Shown: positions 25,661 through 36,360 of the stretch, in pieces | Layout of the letters: each line of letters opens with the position of its first letter | How positions within the stretch are numbered: the first letter of the stretch is position 1 | Assembly (NCBI GenBank): GCA_951406725.2 | Contig: OX597831.1 | Span: forward strand, 48,546,001-48,610,000 | Direction of reading: 5' to 3' | Length of the DNA stretch: 64,000 nt | DNA from: Octopus vulgaris | Lineage: Eukaryota | Translations under genes and position numbers: made by a program | Notes under the pieces: model-generated | Told to the model about the DNA's origin: nothing | Database searches by the model: none | Seen by the model: the letters and a program-made list of their open reading frames with translations, nothing else

Positions 25661-26809
25661 TACCAGTTACAACAGCTGCCAAAGGTTTTGTTGGTATTAA
25701 TAACGATGACAAAAACAAACAAACAAGCAAAGAAACAAGCAGAATAAATGTTTCTGCAATCTAAAAGCAATTGTTATAATTTGCTGCTGACTTAGCCATC
25801 AATATTACCACCAGCACCACCAGCATCACCATCACCATCATCATGATCAGCATCATCATTTTCACTGCAATTACTATCACTGTCGCCATCATCATCATCA
25901 TCATCAACACCACGATCATTATAATTTTTGCTATCAAAACCTCTAAATATTGTCCATATCTTTATAATCAAAATCACAACCGATAAAGTAAAAATGAAGC
26001 CATCACCATTATCATCATCATCATCATCGTCGTCGTCGTCGTCGTCGTTGTCATTATCATATTCATCATCATCAGCATTATCGACCTCATATGCCTCATC
26101 ATTGCCCACATCCTTGTCAGCCTCACTGCTACCACTACCACTGGCACCACCTTTATCATTGTCAAACTGTGTGCTGTTGTCATACATGTTCTGATTAAAT
26201 ATCATCATCGTCATCATCCTCATCATCATCATCATCACCATTGTCATCATCATTGTCATCCTCATCATCCTCATCATTCTTGTCATCATCATCATCATCA
26301 ACTTTATCATCATTGTCATCAACATCATTATCAGCGTCATCCTCCATCTCTTTATCCTCCTCTTCCTCCTTCACCCTTCCTCTCCCTCCATCCTTCCTCT
26401 CCTTCCACCCTTCACCTTCCTCCTCCTCTCCTCTTCTTTATCATTGCTATTGTCCTCATCATTACCTCCACCATCACACACTCTTATCATTTCCTACCAT
26501 GATGTCTATGTTTGTCAATCTCCCCACCCCTTAAATTTCATGTGTTTTTTAGTGGTGGTCATGATATAATGGATTGCCTGTCATGTTGTTTATTCACTAC
26601 ATTTCTCTATATGTCACTGTCTAATTTCTTTCTCTTTTTTCACTCCATTTCTGCTCTCTCTCTCTCTCCCTCTCTCTCTCTCCCTCTCTCTCTCCCTCTC
26701 TCTCTCTCCCTCTCTCTCACTTTGTCACCCTCATTCTATCTTTCTGTGTATCTCTTCTCTCCCTATCACTTTTATCTAGTTAACCCTCTCTTTCTCACTC
26801 TTTGCTCCC

Positions 26810-26849
<40 letters not shown>

Positions 26850-26945
26850 CATTCTATCTAATCTACTTATATATCTACCTATTTATCTGTTGATCTACCT
26901 ACCTACCTACATACATACATACCTATCTGTCTATCTATCTATCTA

Positions 26946-27545
26946 TCAATCTCTCATCAACTTCTTCAAGTACCACTTGAAAAGGAAAGTGAGAGTAGAG
27001 AGGCAAGTTTTGTCTAGCGAATGTTTTAAAAAAAGATGGGTGAATGTAGCAAGGATGGCACGTATGAATGAGCATAATCCTATGAACCCAGAAATTGAAA
27101 ACAGAGGGTTACCCACTTGCAAACAAATGTGGTAACATATAATAATATTGACCAAGGTTACCGGGGTCTTTTTCGTAGGCTTTTCTTCCCACGGATAAAC
27201 CTTACTTGCTTTCCCCTTTACACCATATATCATAAGACTGTGATACACGATCCCTATTGGTCTTTTTTTTCCCCTTTTTTCTTTTTTCATTTCTCTTTTC
27301 TTTTGTTCCTTTTCCTTTTCTTCTTTTTTTTATTTATTTATTTATTTATTTTTTATTTTTTATTTTATTTTTTTTTTGTTCTTTTCTTCCCTTTTACAAT
27401 CCCTCTTGATCGAAAACCTATGCCACCCCTTTTTTTCTTTTTTTGTTTCTTTTGTTTTTTGTTTTTTTCATCCCCCAAAAGAAAAGCTCTACCTTGTAAC
27501 TTGTCCCATCTGTGTACAGCCCTGTGTGGCCAATAAAGAAACTTA
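26946..27545 (+). mobile_element. LINE 3' end (Tx1/L1-like) inserted in (TATC)n
   Basis: ORF tail LINFFKYHLKRKVRVERQVLSSECFKKRWVNV; T-rich 3' UTR; AATAAAGAAAC followed directly by (TATC)n; (TATC)n on both sides. Confidence 0.55.
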
Positions 27546-28004
27546 TCTATCTATCTATCTATTTATCTATCTAGCTAGCTAGCTATCAATTTTTCTATCT
27601 GTTGATCTATCTACCTATCTGTTGATCTATCTATCTACCTACCTACCAGCATACACCAACATACCTATCTTTTAATATCTCTTTTTCTATCCTTCCATCC
27701 TCCTTTTCTTCCTTCTTCCTTACTTCTCTTCTCTCTCCCTTCTTGTCATTAATTTTCTCAGGGGTTTTTGTTATTCTTATTCAACCCAAGTTGGTCACAA
27801 TCAAGCAGACCCCCCCACCTCCAACACGAAAGAATCAAGTAACTATCCCATCATTTTTCTTTGAAATACATTATTCACCATGTCATTCCCATTGCTATTT
27901 AAGACGATAGGATGTGATTTGATGAAGATTTGGCTGTTATATTAAGCAGTGAAAGGACTTTCTGAGCTATGATGATACTGGCGTGAAAAATGCTCTTGGT
28001 GGTG

Positions 28005-28052
<48 letters not shown>

Positions 28053-28063
28053 CACACACACAC

Positions 28064-28100
<37 letters not shown>

Positions 28101-28401
28101 TACGATGGGCTTCTTTCAGTTTCCGTCTACCAAATCCATTCACAAGGCTTTGGTCGGCCCAAGGCTATAGTGGAAGACACTTGCCCAAGGTGCCATGCTG
28201 TGGGACTGAACCCAGAACCATGTGGTTCGTAAGCAATCTTTCTGCAAAATTGACCTCTAACTCCTCATCTTTTGCTTCAGAACCTTTCCTTAGTGAAGTA
28301 CTTCTTATCTCTTATGAAACACACATATAAGTCTTCTCTGTTTGAAACAGACTTTTCCTCATTTCTATAAGTATTAATGTAAATCTTACAAAACCAATTT
28401 C

Positions 28402-28437
<36 letters not shown>

Positions 28438-28837
28438 TGCACATACATATAATAAAATAAATAAATTCATAAATATACAAGTGAAATACTTTGTGTGAAG
28501 AATTAGAATCAAACTTCGAAATAGAATAACTTTCATTAGAAATCTTCGAGAACTTTTTGCATCAACATATCACCAGATTTTCTGAAGCTGAGCCACATTA
28601 TTATCCAGCTTTTGTACAGATTGACGGCATTGATATTATCCCAGAAATAGGTGAAGGAAAAAAAGAACAAAAACTACGTCTATCCATACTTACACTCTTG
28701 AGACAAGCTATGAAGTTTAGTTTGCCTAGGGCTGTAGTTGAAGACACTTGCCCAAAATGCCATACAGAGAGGAATTGAACCCAAAAATATATAAAGGTAA
28801 AGCAAGCTTCTTAACCACATAAACATACCTAAAACTG

Positions 28838-28888
<51 letters not shown>

Positions 28889-28972
28889 GTGTGTGTGTGT
28901 GTGTGTGTGTATGTATATATATATATGTGTATATATATATATATATATGTGTATGTATATATATATACATTC

Positions 28973-29006
<34 letters not shown>

Positions 29007-29737
29007 TTGTTTCAGTCATTTGACTTTGGCCATGCTGGAGCACCGCCTTTAGTCGAGCAAATTGACCCCAGGACTTATTCTTTGTAAACCTAGTGCTTAT
29101 TCTATCGGTCTCTTTTGCCAAACTGCTAAGTTACAGGGACATAAACGCACCAACATCGGTTGTCAAGCGATGGTGTGGGGACCAACACGGACACACAAAC
29201 ACACACACACACTCTTTTATCACATGGGGGTGGTTGGAATCCTTCCCAGCAGTGTGTATACATATATACATATATAGATATACATACATCCATACATATA
29301 TATATATATAAAATGTGAGGATAAAATTCTCTTCTAAAAAAAATATTTTCTCGAGAAAAATTTTATCAATGGCCAGCATATTAAAAAATACCTTTAACGG
29401 TTAAATTTATAAACAATTCATAAATGAGGGCAAAGGAAAAAATTTCTAATGCCAAATGTCCAATTTTTCGGCATATTTGACATTAGAAATTTTTTTTCTT
29501 TGCCCTCAATTTTGAATTATATATATATATATTTTTTATATGTACACACACAGACAAGCAGATGTAAAAGAGGCATAAATACTGGACTTCTACCTGCTTT
29601 ATGTTGAAACTGACCAGATCGAGTTTCTCACACATACCCTAAAATATCATTCTAAAAAATAAATGATATATTCAAAACTTTGAAGCTACAAGACACCACA
29701 TGATTAATTTTTTTTAAATGCGGATAAATAGAAATTA

Positions 29738-30544
29738 TCTATATATAAAAAACTCAACTTGTGTGTCTGTGTGTTTGACTTCCCGGCACATCTCCTCCTA
29801 GCCAACAAATCGTAGAACCACCAAAAATGCGTCACTTAAAGTTTAGGCGAATGAAAATTGAACTGCGTTATTTCTGTTCCAAAATTCATCTCGCAAGTGC
29901 AAAAATCGATAATGTGTTTGTTTAGGCCTTATCCCATGCTTTGAATAGTGAACTTTACTCAACTGTTGACGTGAACTGTGTTCACCACGTGTGCAAGCAT
30001 GCATAAATTGCATGAAAAATAAAAAATCAAGATATAAAAATGAATCGCCGTAAACATTGTAGAAATTCGGCAAAGAAATGAATTTTCGGGATGTAGCCTG
30101 GAGAGTTTTTTCGTATTAATCGTTTGGACTTTGTGAACACATACCAATTGTTTTCATAACATTTTTAATGCTTTGAATTAAATGTGACCATTTTGCATTG
30201 AGTCTGCAGTTTGAATCACTTTAACCAAATTTTAGCAGGCCGGATTTTTGATCATCACGATACATCGCCAGCAACTCCCTGAAACTCTCCCCTGAAATCC
30301 CCGTTGAGAAATACTGATCTAAAAGAATAATTCAACAATGCAATTATTTGATCAGCAAAAATTTATGAAACACTTCTACGTACTTCCTATTGAGGAAACG
30401 GAACACATAAGTGCAAAAATAGAGGGCATTAAATGCTTGATTTTAAAACCAAAATAATTGAATTTTGATTGAACTTCATCCAAGTTTAGCTTAATTTGCA
30501 CGTGCATAGAACACACGAGCGCACGAGCTGGGCAATTCTGCTAG
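29738..30544 (+). mobile_element. Non-autonomous Helitron
   Basis: A|TCTATATATAAAAAACTCAACTTGTGTGTCTG ... imperfect hairpin AGCGCACGAGCTGGG, CAATTCTG-CTAG|T; CpG-rich relative to the flanks. Confidence 0.8.
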
Positions 30545-31357
30545 TATTTGATAAATTAATCTGGACACTAAAGGGTTAATTATACATACAAAATGGCAAA
30601 ATAAGTTTGGAACAGAAATTTTGGAGTAGGTATTTTCAACCAAAACTCTTTAATGGTGATGCCACAACACGGCTACCATCCATTGATTTAAACCAATAAA
30701 TAATATAGGTGAACACATAAATCCTATGAAAATGTGTTTGTATGTGCAGGAGAAAGAAACATAAAAAAGAATGGGACAAGACAGACAGAAAGGTATTAGA
30801 GATTTATAGATTGTATCATAAGCTGATAAGTAGGTATTTATTCTTCAAAACATGTAAAGACAAACGTATGTGTTTATAAGAATATTCAGCAGATTTCTTC
30901 CTAGGACTTGGGCAATTACTTGCCTATCATCTATTAAAATAAACTTCCATGCCTGTAGGTGTATTTTAAACCCATGGCTGCGATATTAGTTGGCTGTTTT
31001 CCTGATGAAAGAAACTTTTATGAAACATTGTTTTTTTTTTCTAGTAAGCATAACTTAAGCAACAAAGCCATATGTTGAAATATCAATATGTGTATATGTG
31101 TGTATGTGTGTTTGTGTATGTGAATAAAATATAACATATACATCCAATAATGTTGTGTGCATAGTGGTGATAAAATTCCACATGCACATCTGTATATATA
31201 TATACTATACACACACACACGCACACTCACATATGGTGTCCAAATACTTTATGCATACCAAAGTGATGAAATGCCATATGTGTGTGGGTGTGTAATTATC
31301 TAAGAATCCATAAATCAGAAAAAAATATGCACATGTATATTTGTCAATAGAGTGGAT

Positions 31358-31618
31358 ATATTAATCAATGTAAACAGTATTATAGATCAATTTCAGCCTA
31401 TTTTACCAATCTTTTTCGCACTAGGTATTAAAACAGAATGTTAGATAACGGCACGGTTAAGTAATACCACATGCTCTTCGATGCCCACCATCTCCAAACA
31501 GAATGTGGTATTAGCTAACCTTAACTATGCTGCTATCTAATATCTGCTAATTTAATGCCTAGTGTAAAACCAATAGTTAAAATTGCTAGAAATTAATCTA
31601 CAGCACTATAAACTTTGA

Positions 31619-31625
<7 letters not shown>
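31358..31625. repeat. Old imperfect foldback (~115-bp arms), probable MITE
   Basis: TAATACCACAT/ATGTGGTATTA, TTAGATA/TATCTAA and CACTAGGTATTAAA/TTTAATGCCTAGTG pair in nested order. Confidence 0.6.
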
Positions 31626-31661
<36 letters not shown>

Positions 31662-32037
31662 CAGAGTAAGCACATAAATACGAAACAAGGTGGAAAAAGT
31701 AGTACTCGAATACCAGAGGTAGAGTAAATATTTTTTTAATGTATATGTATTTTAGTGTGAAAGGTTTTGAAACGGATATATCATTTAGTTTATTAATTTA
31801 TTATTACTTTTACAGCTAAATATTTACCCCTGGGTATTCAGGCCTTTTTCCTTCTTCATAAGCTATTTTTGATTTAAGGTTTTCTTATGATTTTAAACCG
31901 CATTTTGTTATTTCATGCAACCAGTTATTGGAAAGACCGTTAGTTGAAAGAACCAATGAAACAAAACCATTTTCAAATGTCTAGCTATCAAAGTAATTGT
32001 ATTACTGCATATAACTTTATCTTGCTCCATTCTAAAC

Positions 32038-32083
32038 AAAACTGTACGATGAATGGGAACGTGAAACTCTGAGTAACAGTTTT
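32038..32083 (+). ncRNA. Type I hammerhead motif with altered core, in a (TA)n-flanked insert, 31660-32105
   Basis: Stem I AAAACTGT/ACAGTTTT (8 bp); ACGATGA; stem II ATG-GGAA-CGT; GAAACTCTGAGTA. Confidence 0.55.
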
Positions 32084-32107
32084 TGTGATATTTTTACTGC
32101 TTTATAC

Positions 32108-32178
<71 letters not shown>

Positions 32179-32241
32179 TATGTATATATATATATGTGTA
32201 TATATATATATAGTTAATCCAAACATGAAAGCACAAAAAAA

Positions 32242-32299
<58 letters not shown>

Positions 32300-32414
32300 G
32301 TGTGTATATATATATATAGTTAATCCAAACATGAAAGCACATAAAAAACACAACGCGAGGACGTGGAACAATTATAGTATTATTGGACGCTCAGGAAAGA
32401 AGGAAAGAAGGAGG

Positions 32415-32449
32415 GTTTAACGTTTCGGGTGGAGCTCTTTGTCAGAAAC
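32415..32449 (-). ncRNA. Minimal hammerhead motif, mutated, in a Penelope-like end, 32318-32522
   Basis: Minus strand GTTT-CTGACAA-A-GAGCTCCACCC-GAAACGTT-AAAC; stem I GTTT/AAAC. Confidence 0.5.
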
Positions 32450-32699
32450 ATAGGAAAAGGAAAGATCCAGAGAAGGGAAGACAGAGGGAAAAAAATCGCC
32501 AACGGTACACACGTGGTCACCTATATATATAAATATATAGATATATGTATATATATATAGATATATATATATGTATATATATATATACATACATATATAT
32601 CCCCCTCCCCTCCCCTTCTCCCCCCTCCCCTTCTCCCCCCTCCCCCTCTTCTCCTCATTACACCACACGACTTTACACATCCCATCATATATGATGTGC

Positions 32700-33045
32700 C
32701 ATACTAATACATACACCAACTAATACATACTAATACGTACTAATACAGACTAATACATACTAATACATACACCAACCCTATACATACACACGTCCAGACC
32801 CCTCATACGCACTTATACTCTCTCATACACACACACACACACTTATACATACTAATACGTACTAATACATACTAATACATACACTAACCCCATACATACG
32901 CCTGTCCAGACCTATCCTACGCACTAATACTCTCTCATACACACACACACACACACACACACACCCTTATACATACTAATACATACTAATACATACACCA
33001 ACCCTATACATACACACGTCCAGACCCCTCCTACGCACTAATAGG
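32700..33045. repeat. CATACTAATA-based minisatellite with a higher-order unit of ~110-130 bp
   Basis: GTCCAGACC..C.TACGCACT.ATA occurs three times. Confidence 0.8.
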
Positions 33046-33198
33046 TGGTCATTCAACCCTATTATCTCCCCTTATTTCGCTCTCGCGTCTCATGTTTGGT
33101 CTTTGACTTCTGGCCGAAATCAGATCGCCATGTTGATTCGTTAGTTACTGCACGCATTTTTTTCTCTCCTTCTTTCTGTGTTTTTTTCTCTCTGTGTA

Positions 33199-33236
33199 TC
33201 TTTCTGTTGAAGAGCGTAGGCTCGAAACGTTAAAGA
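33199..33236 (+). ncRNA. Minimal type I hammerhead motif with a CUGUUGA core, in a Penelope-like end, 33045-33336
   Basis: TCTTT-CTGTTGA-A-GAGC-GTAG-GCTC-GAAACGTT-AAAGA; stems I and II perfect. Confidence 0.65.
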
Positions 33237-33370
33237 CTTGTTTTATTTATATTTCCTGAGCGCCATACTAATACAATTGTTTGTTTGTTTTCCACCTGCC
33301 TTCGTCTTTTGTCTATTTTCATAAAGCTTCCCGTTATATATATATATATGTATGTATATGTGTGTGTGTG

Positions 33371-33401
<31 letters not shown>

Positions 33402-33795
33402 ATATGTATATGTATATATATTGAAGGCATGTGGCCTAGTGGTTAGGCTGTTGCACTCACAATTGTTAGATCATGGGTCCAGTTCCCTGACTGGGCAGTG
33501 TGTTGTGTTCTTCTTTGGTTATTTCATGTTACTGCAAACATGGCTTTGTACCAGTGTGACCAATTTTCTGCTGCTTCTAGAACAATAAGCCAGTAAAGTT
33601 TTTCTACTGTACACTTGCAATACATTTGTATATACACACAGTACACCTGCACTATGTTACATACAAGTAGAAAATAAATGGCTCCAAATATTTTAAACCA
33701 TTGTTCATCTTTGTTATCACAGTGGTGATTGTGACCCTGCTTGCCTAATTTCTACATGAAGCAGCAGCACCAGGTAAACCAGGCCTTCTGTTAGT

Positions 33796-34505
33796 GGAGG
33801 CACATGGCTTAGTAGTTAGGGTGTTGGACTCATGATCGTTAAGATTGTGGTTTTAATTCCTGGACTGGGCAACGCATTGTGTTCTTGAGCAAAACACTTC
33901 ATTTTACGTTGTTGCAATTCATTCAGCTGGCAAAAATGAGTAAGATGTCTTGCAAACAACTTGCACATACAAGTGCTGCCAGTCAAGAACTCTGCATACC
34001 AGAAGCCAGCAAGTGTATGGGGTCATCAGGAGAGAATGTGTGCCATTTAGGGGCCTACCTCTCGACAGCATCATTGTGCACCAGTCCCCCTCACTGATAT
34101 GAAGCCCTGCTTGCTAGATCAGCTGGTTATCAAATAAAGCTCAATATTCTTCTAGTCATCGCTCATCATCTCTTTTTAACCAAATCCAGTGGCTAGCCTT
34201 CTCCACTGTAGTTTGGATATCGGTCATGGTGGTATTTACCTTATGATGAGTTAGGCCAAACAATAACAACAGTTGTCTCACACTGTGTCCAACAAACCCT
34301 CTACATCCAACTGCGATTGGAAAATGCTCCAGTTTCCAGCCTGTGTCTTCACATTCCTCGAGGAGGTTTACATAACGGTCAATGGCAAAAGTGAGTAATC
34401 ATGTGGTGGACTGGCATCCCATCCAGGTGGGGAATTTACATAGCATGGAAACTGGGAAACCGGCCCTTCCGAGTCAGCATGGCTAGAGGTTACCTTTACC
34501 TTTAT
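33796..34505 (+). mobile_element. SINE family C (tRNA head, TTCTTGAGCAAAACACTT block) split by a HERO insertion
   Basis: The 5' half 33796-33943 and 3' half 34383-34505 join to match 40520-40773 (-); related copies at 33423-33530, 43180-43440, 43521-43850, 59478-59715. Confidence 0.8.
33944..34382 (-). mobile_element. HERO-clade (R2 group) LINE, 5'-truncated
   Basis: DRYVNLLEECEDTGWKLEHFPIAVGCRGFVG...EKASHWIWLKR; 16-bp TSD TGGCAAAA(A/G)TGAGTAA. Confidence 0.85.
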
Positions 34506-35427
34506 CCCATTGTCCTAGATGTGGATCACTGATGTTTTTAGATGTGGCACATGATGAGAGTAAATTAAAATTGGGCCTGCAGGTCTAAAAAGATTCACCC
34601 TCAATGACATGGAATCTTCTTTCTGTGGTTCGTGTTGAATTTTCTAGTGTTCAACACCATATTGTCCTCTTTTGGGGGATGTGGTTTTACAGAATTGCTT
34701 TTCACAATATGGTAATTGCTGTTTCACAGAAAGATTGGATTCCTGAAAGCTTTGCTGTAATCAGGGAATTCCATAATGGGAAACCATTTTTCCCTTTTGA
34801 CTTCCATATTGTAAACTGCAAGACATTTTTAAAGAATTTTTTTTTAAATAAACAAAACAATAGAACAATTTCTGTTACCATAACAAGAATTTCTGTAACA
34901 GAATAAGGATGCTGGTATGCATTTGATCATTTTCCTATGAATTAGCTTTAGGGAGTTTTGGCTGCTATTATCAACTGGTTAATCAGCCACTTAGAGGTTC
35001 CTTTATTGAATTATGTCGTGTAATGTGAAAGTGAAACAAAACAATTTTAACATGAATAAGTGCTTTGAATTATTTCCTTAATGAAATCTGACAAAATAAT
35101 TGATGAAGACTGTGGTGATGGTAGGGGTGGTGGTGATGATGTAAGCAGTCATCACCATTATAATAAGTAAAACATATAAGGTGGCAAGCTGACCGAGTCA
35201 TTAACAAGCTGGACAAAATGCTTAGTGGCATTTCATTATGTTCATAGCTCAAATTCCTCCGAGGTCAGCTTTGTCTTTCATCCTTTCGGGGTTGATAAAA
35301 TAAGTACCAGTGGAGTACTGGAGTTGTTTGGGGTTGACAAAATAAGTACAGGGGTTGATGCAATCAATTCCCCCCCTCCCATCCTCTTTAAAAATTCTGG
35401 CTCTGTGCCAAAATTTGAAAACATACT

Positions 35428-35740
35428 GAGTTAAGTTAAGCATATGGGAGAATTGGTTGAGAGGAAAATTAAACGCCTGTTACATACCAAGTTCCCATCC
35501 TTCCAAGGTCAAATTTGTCTTTCCTTCTTTCAAGGTTGGTAAAATAAGCATCATTCAAGTACTAGGGTTAATGTAATTGACTCCTCCACACCCACACCAT
35601 CCTCTCAAAAACTTCTAGCTCTGCACCAAAATTTGAAATCATAATGAGTTAAGTTAAGCATATGGGAGAATTGGTTGAAAGGAAGATAAACTGCCTGTTA
35701 CATACCAAGTTCCCATCTTTCCAAGGTCAAATTTGTTCTT
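35428..35740. repeat. Local tandem duplication (~218-bp period)
   Basis: GAGTTAAGTTAAGCATATGGGAGAATTGGTTGA...CCAAGGTCAAATTTG at about 35428 and 35646. Confidence 0.85.
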
Positions 35741-35931
35741 TATCCTCCTAGGCCAATAAAATATCATCTCTGGGGAATGCTATTGACAGTGTTATCAAAT
35801 ATTCATCTTCCCCCAAAATGAAGGGCTTTGAATCAATGCTAAAAACCATCAACATATTTATATTTAAGAAAATTAGAACTGGTGTTTTTTCACTTTGTTA
35901 GCTTTCTTTGAAAATCTTTTAATGTTAGTAA

Positions 35932-36360
35932 CAGGCTTGTTTGTGTGGTTAAGGGGCTCACTTTGCAACCACATGGTTTTGAGTTCAGTCCCACTGTGTA
36001 GTACCTTGGGCAAGTGTCTTCTACTGTTGCCCCAAGCTGACCAATGCTTTCAGACTGAATTTGGTAGATGGGAACTTTGTAGAAATCTGTTGTATAGATA
36101 TATGAGTGCATGTGTGAGCGTGTTGTGTGTGTGGGTGTGTGGGTATCTTTGTGCTTGTTCCTCATTATTTGCTAACCAGTACTGGTTTGTTTACGTCCCG
36201 ACAACATAGTGTTTGGCAAAGAGAGACCAATAGAACAACCATCAGACTTTAAAATTAAATTAGTACTGAGGTCAATTGGTTCATCTAAACCCTACAAGGC
36301 AGTGCCCCAGCATGGCCACAGTCCAATGACTGAAACAAGTAAAAGATAAAAAGATAAAAA
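35932..36360 (+). mobile_element. SINE family A, diverged
   Basis: Head, ACCTTGGGCAAGTGTCTTCTAC block and TGACTGAAACAAGTAAAAGA tail. Confidence 0.8.

Noticed and set aside
28557-28680. Peptide FSEAEPHYYPAFVQIDGIDIIPEIG as an exon
   Set aside because: Poor splice context and no recognisable homology
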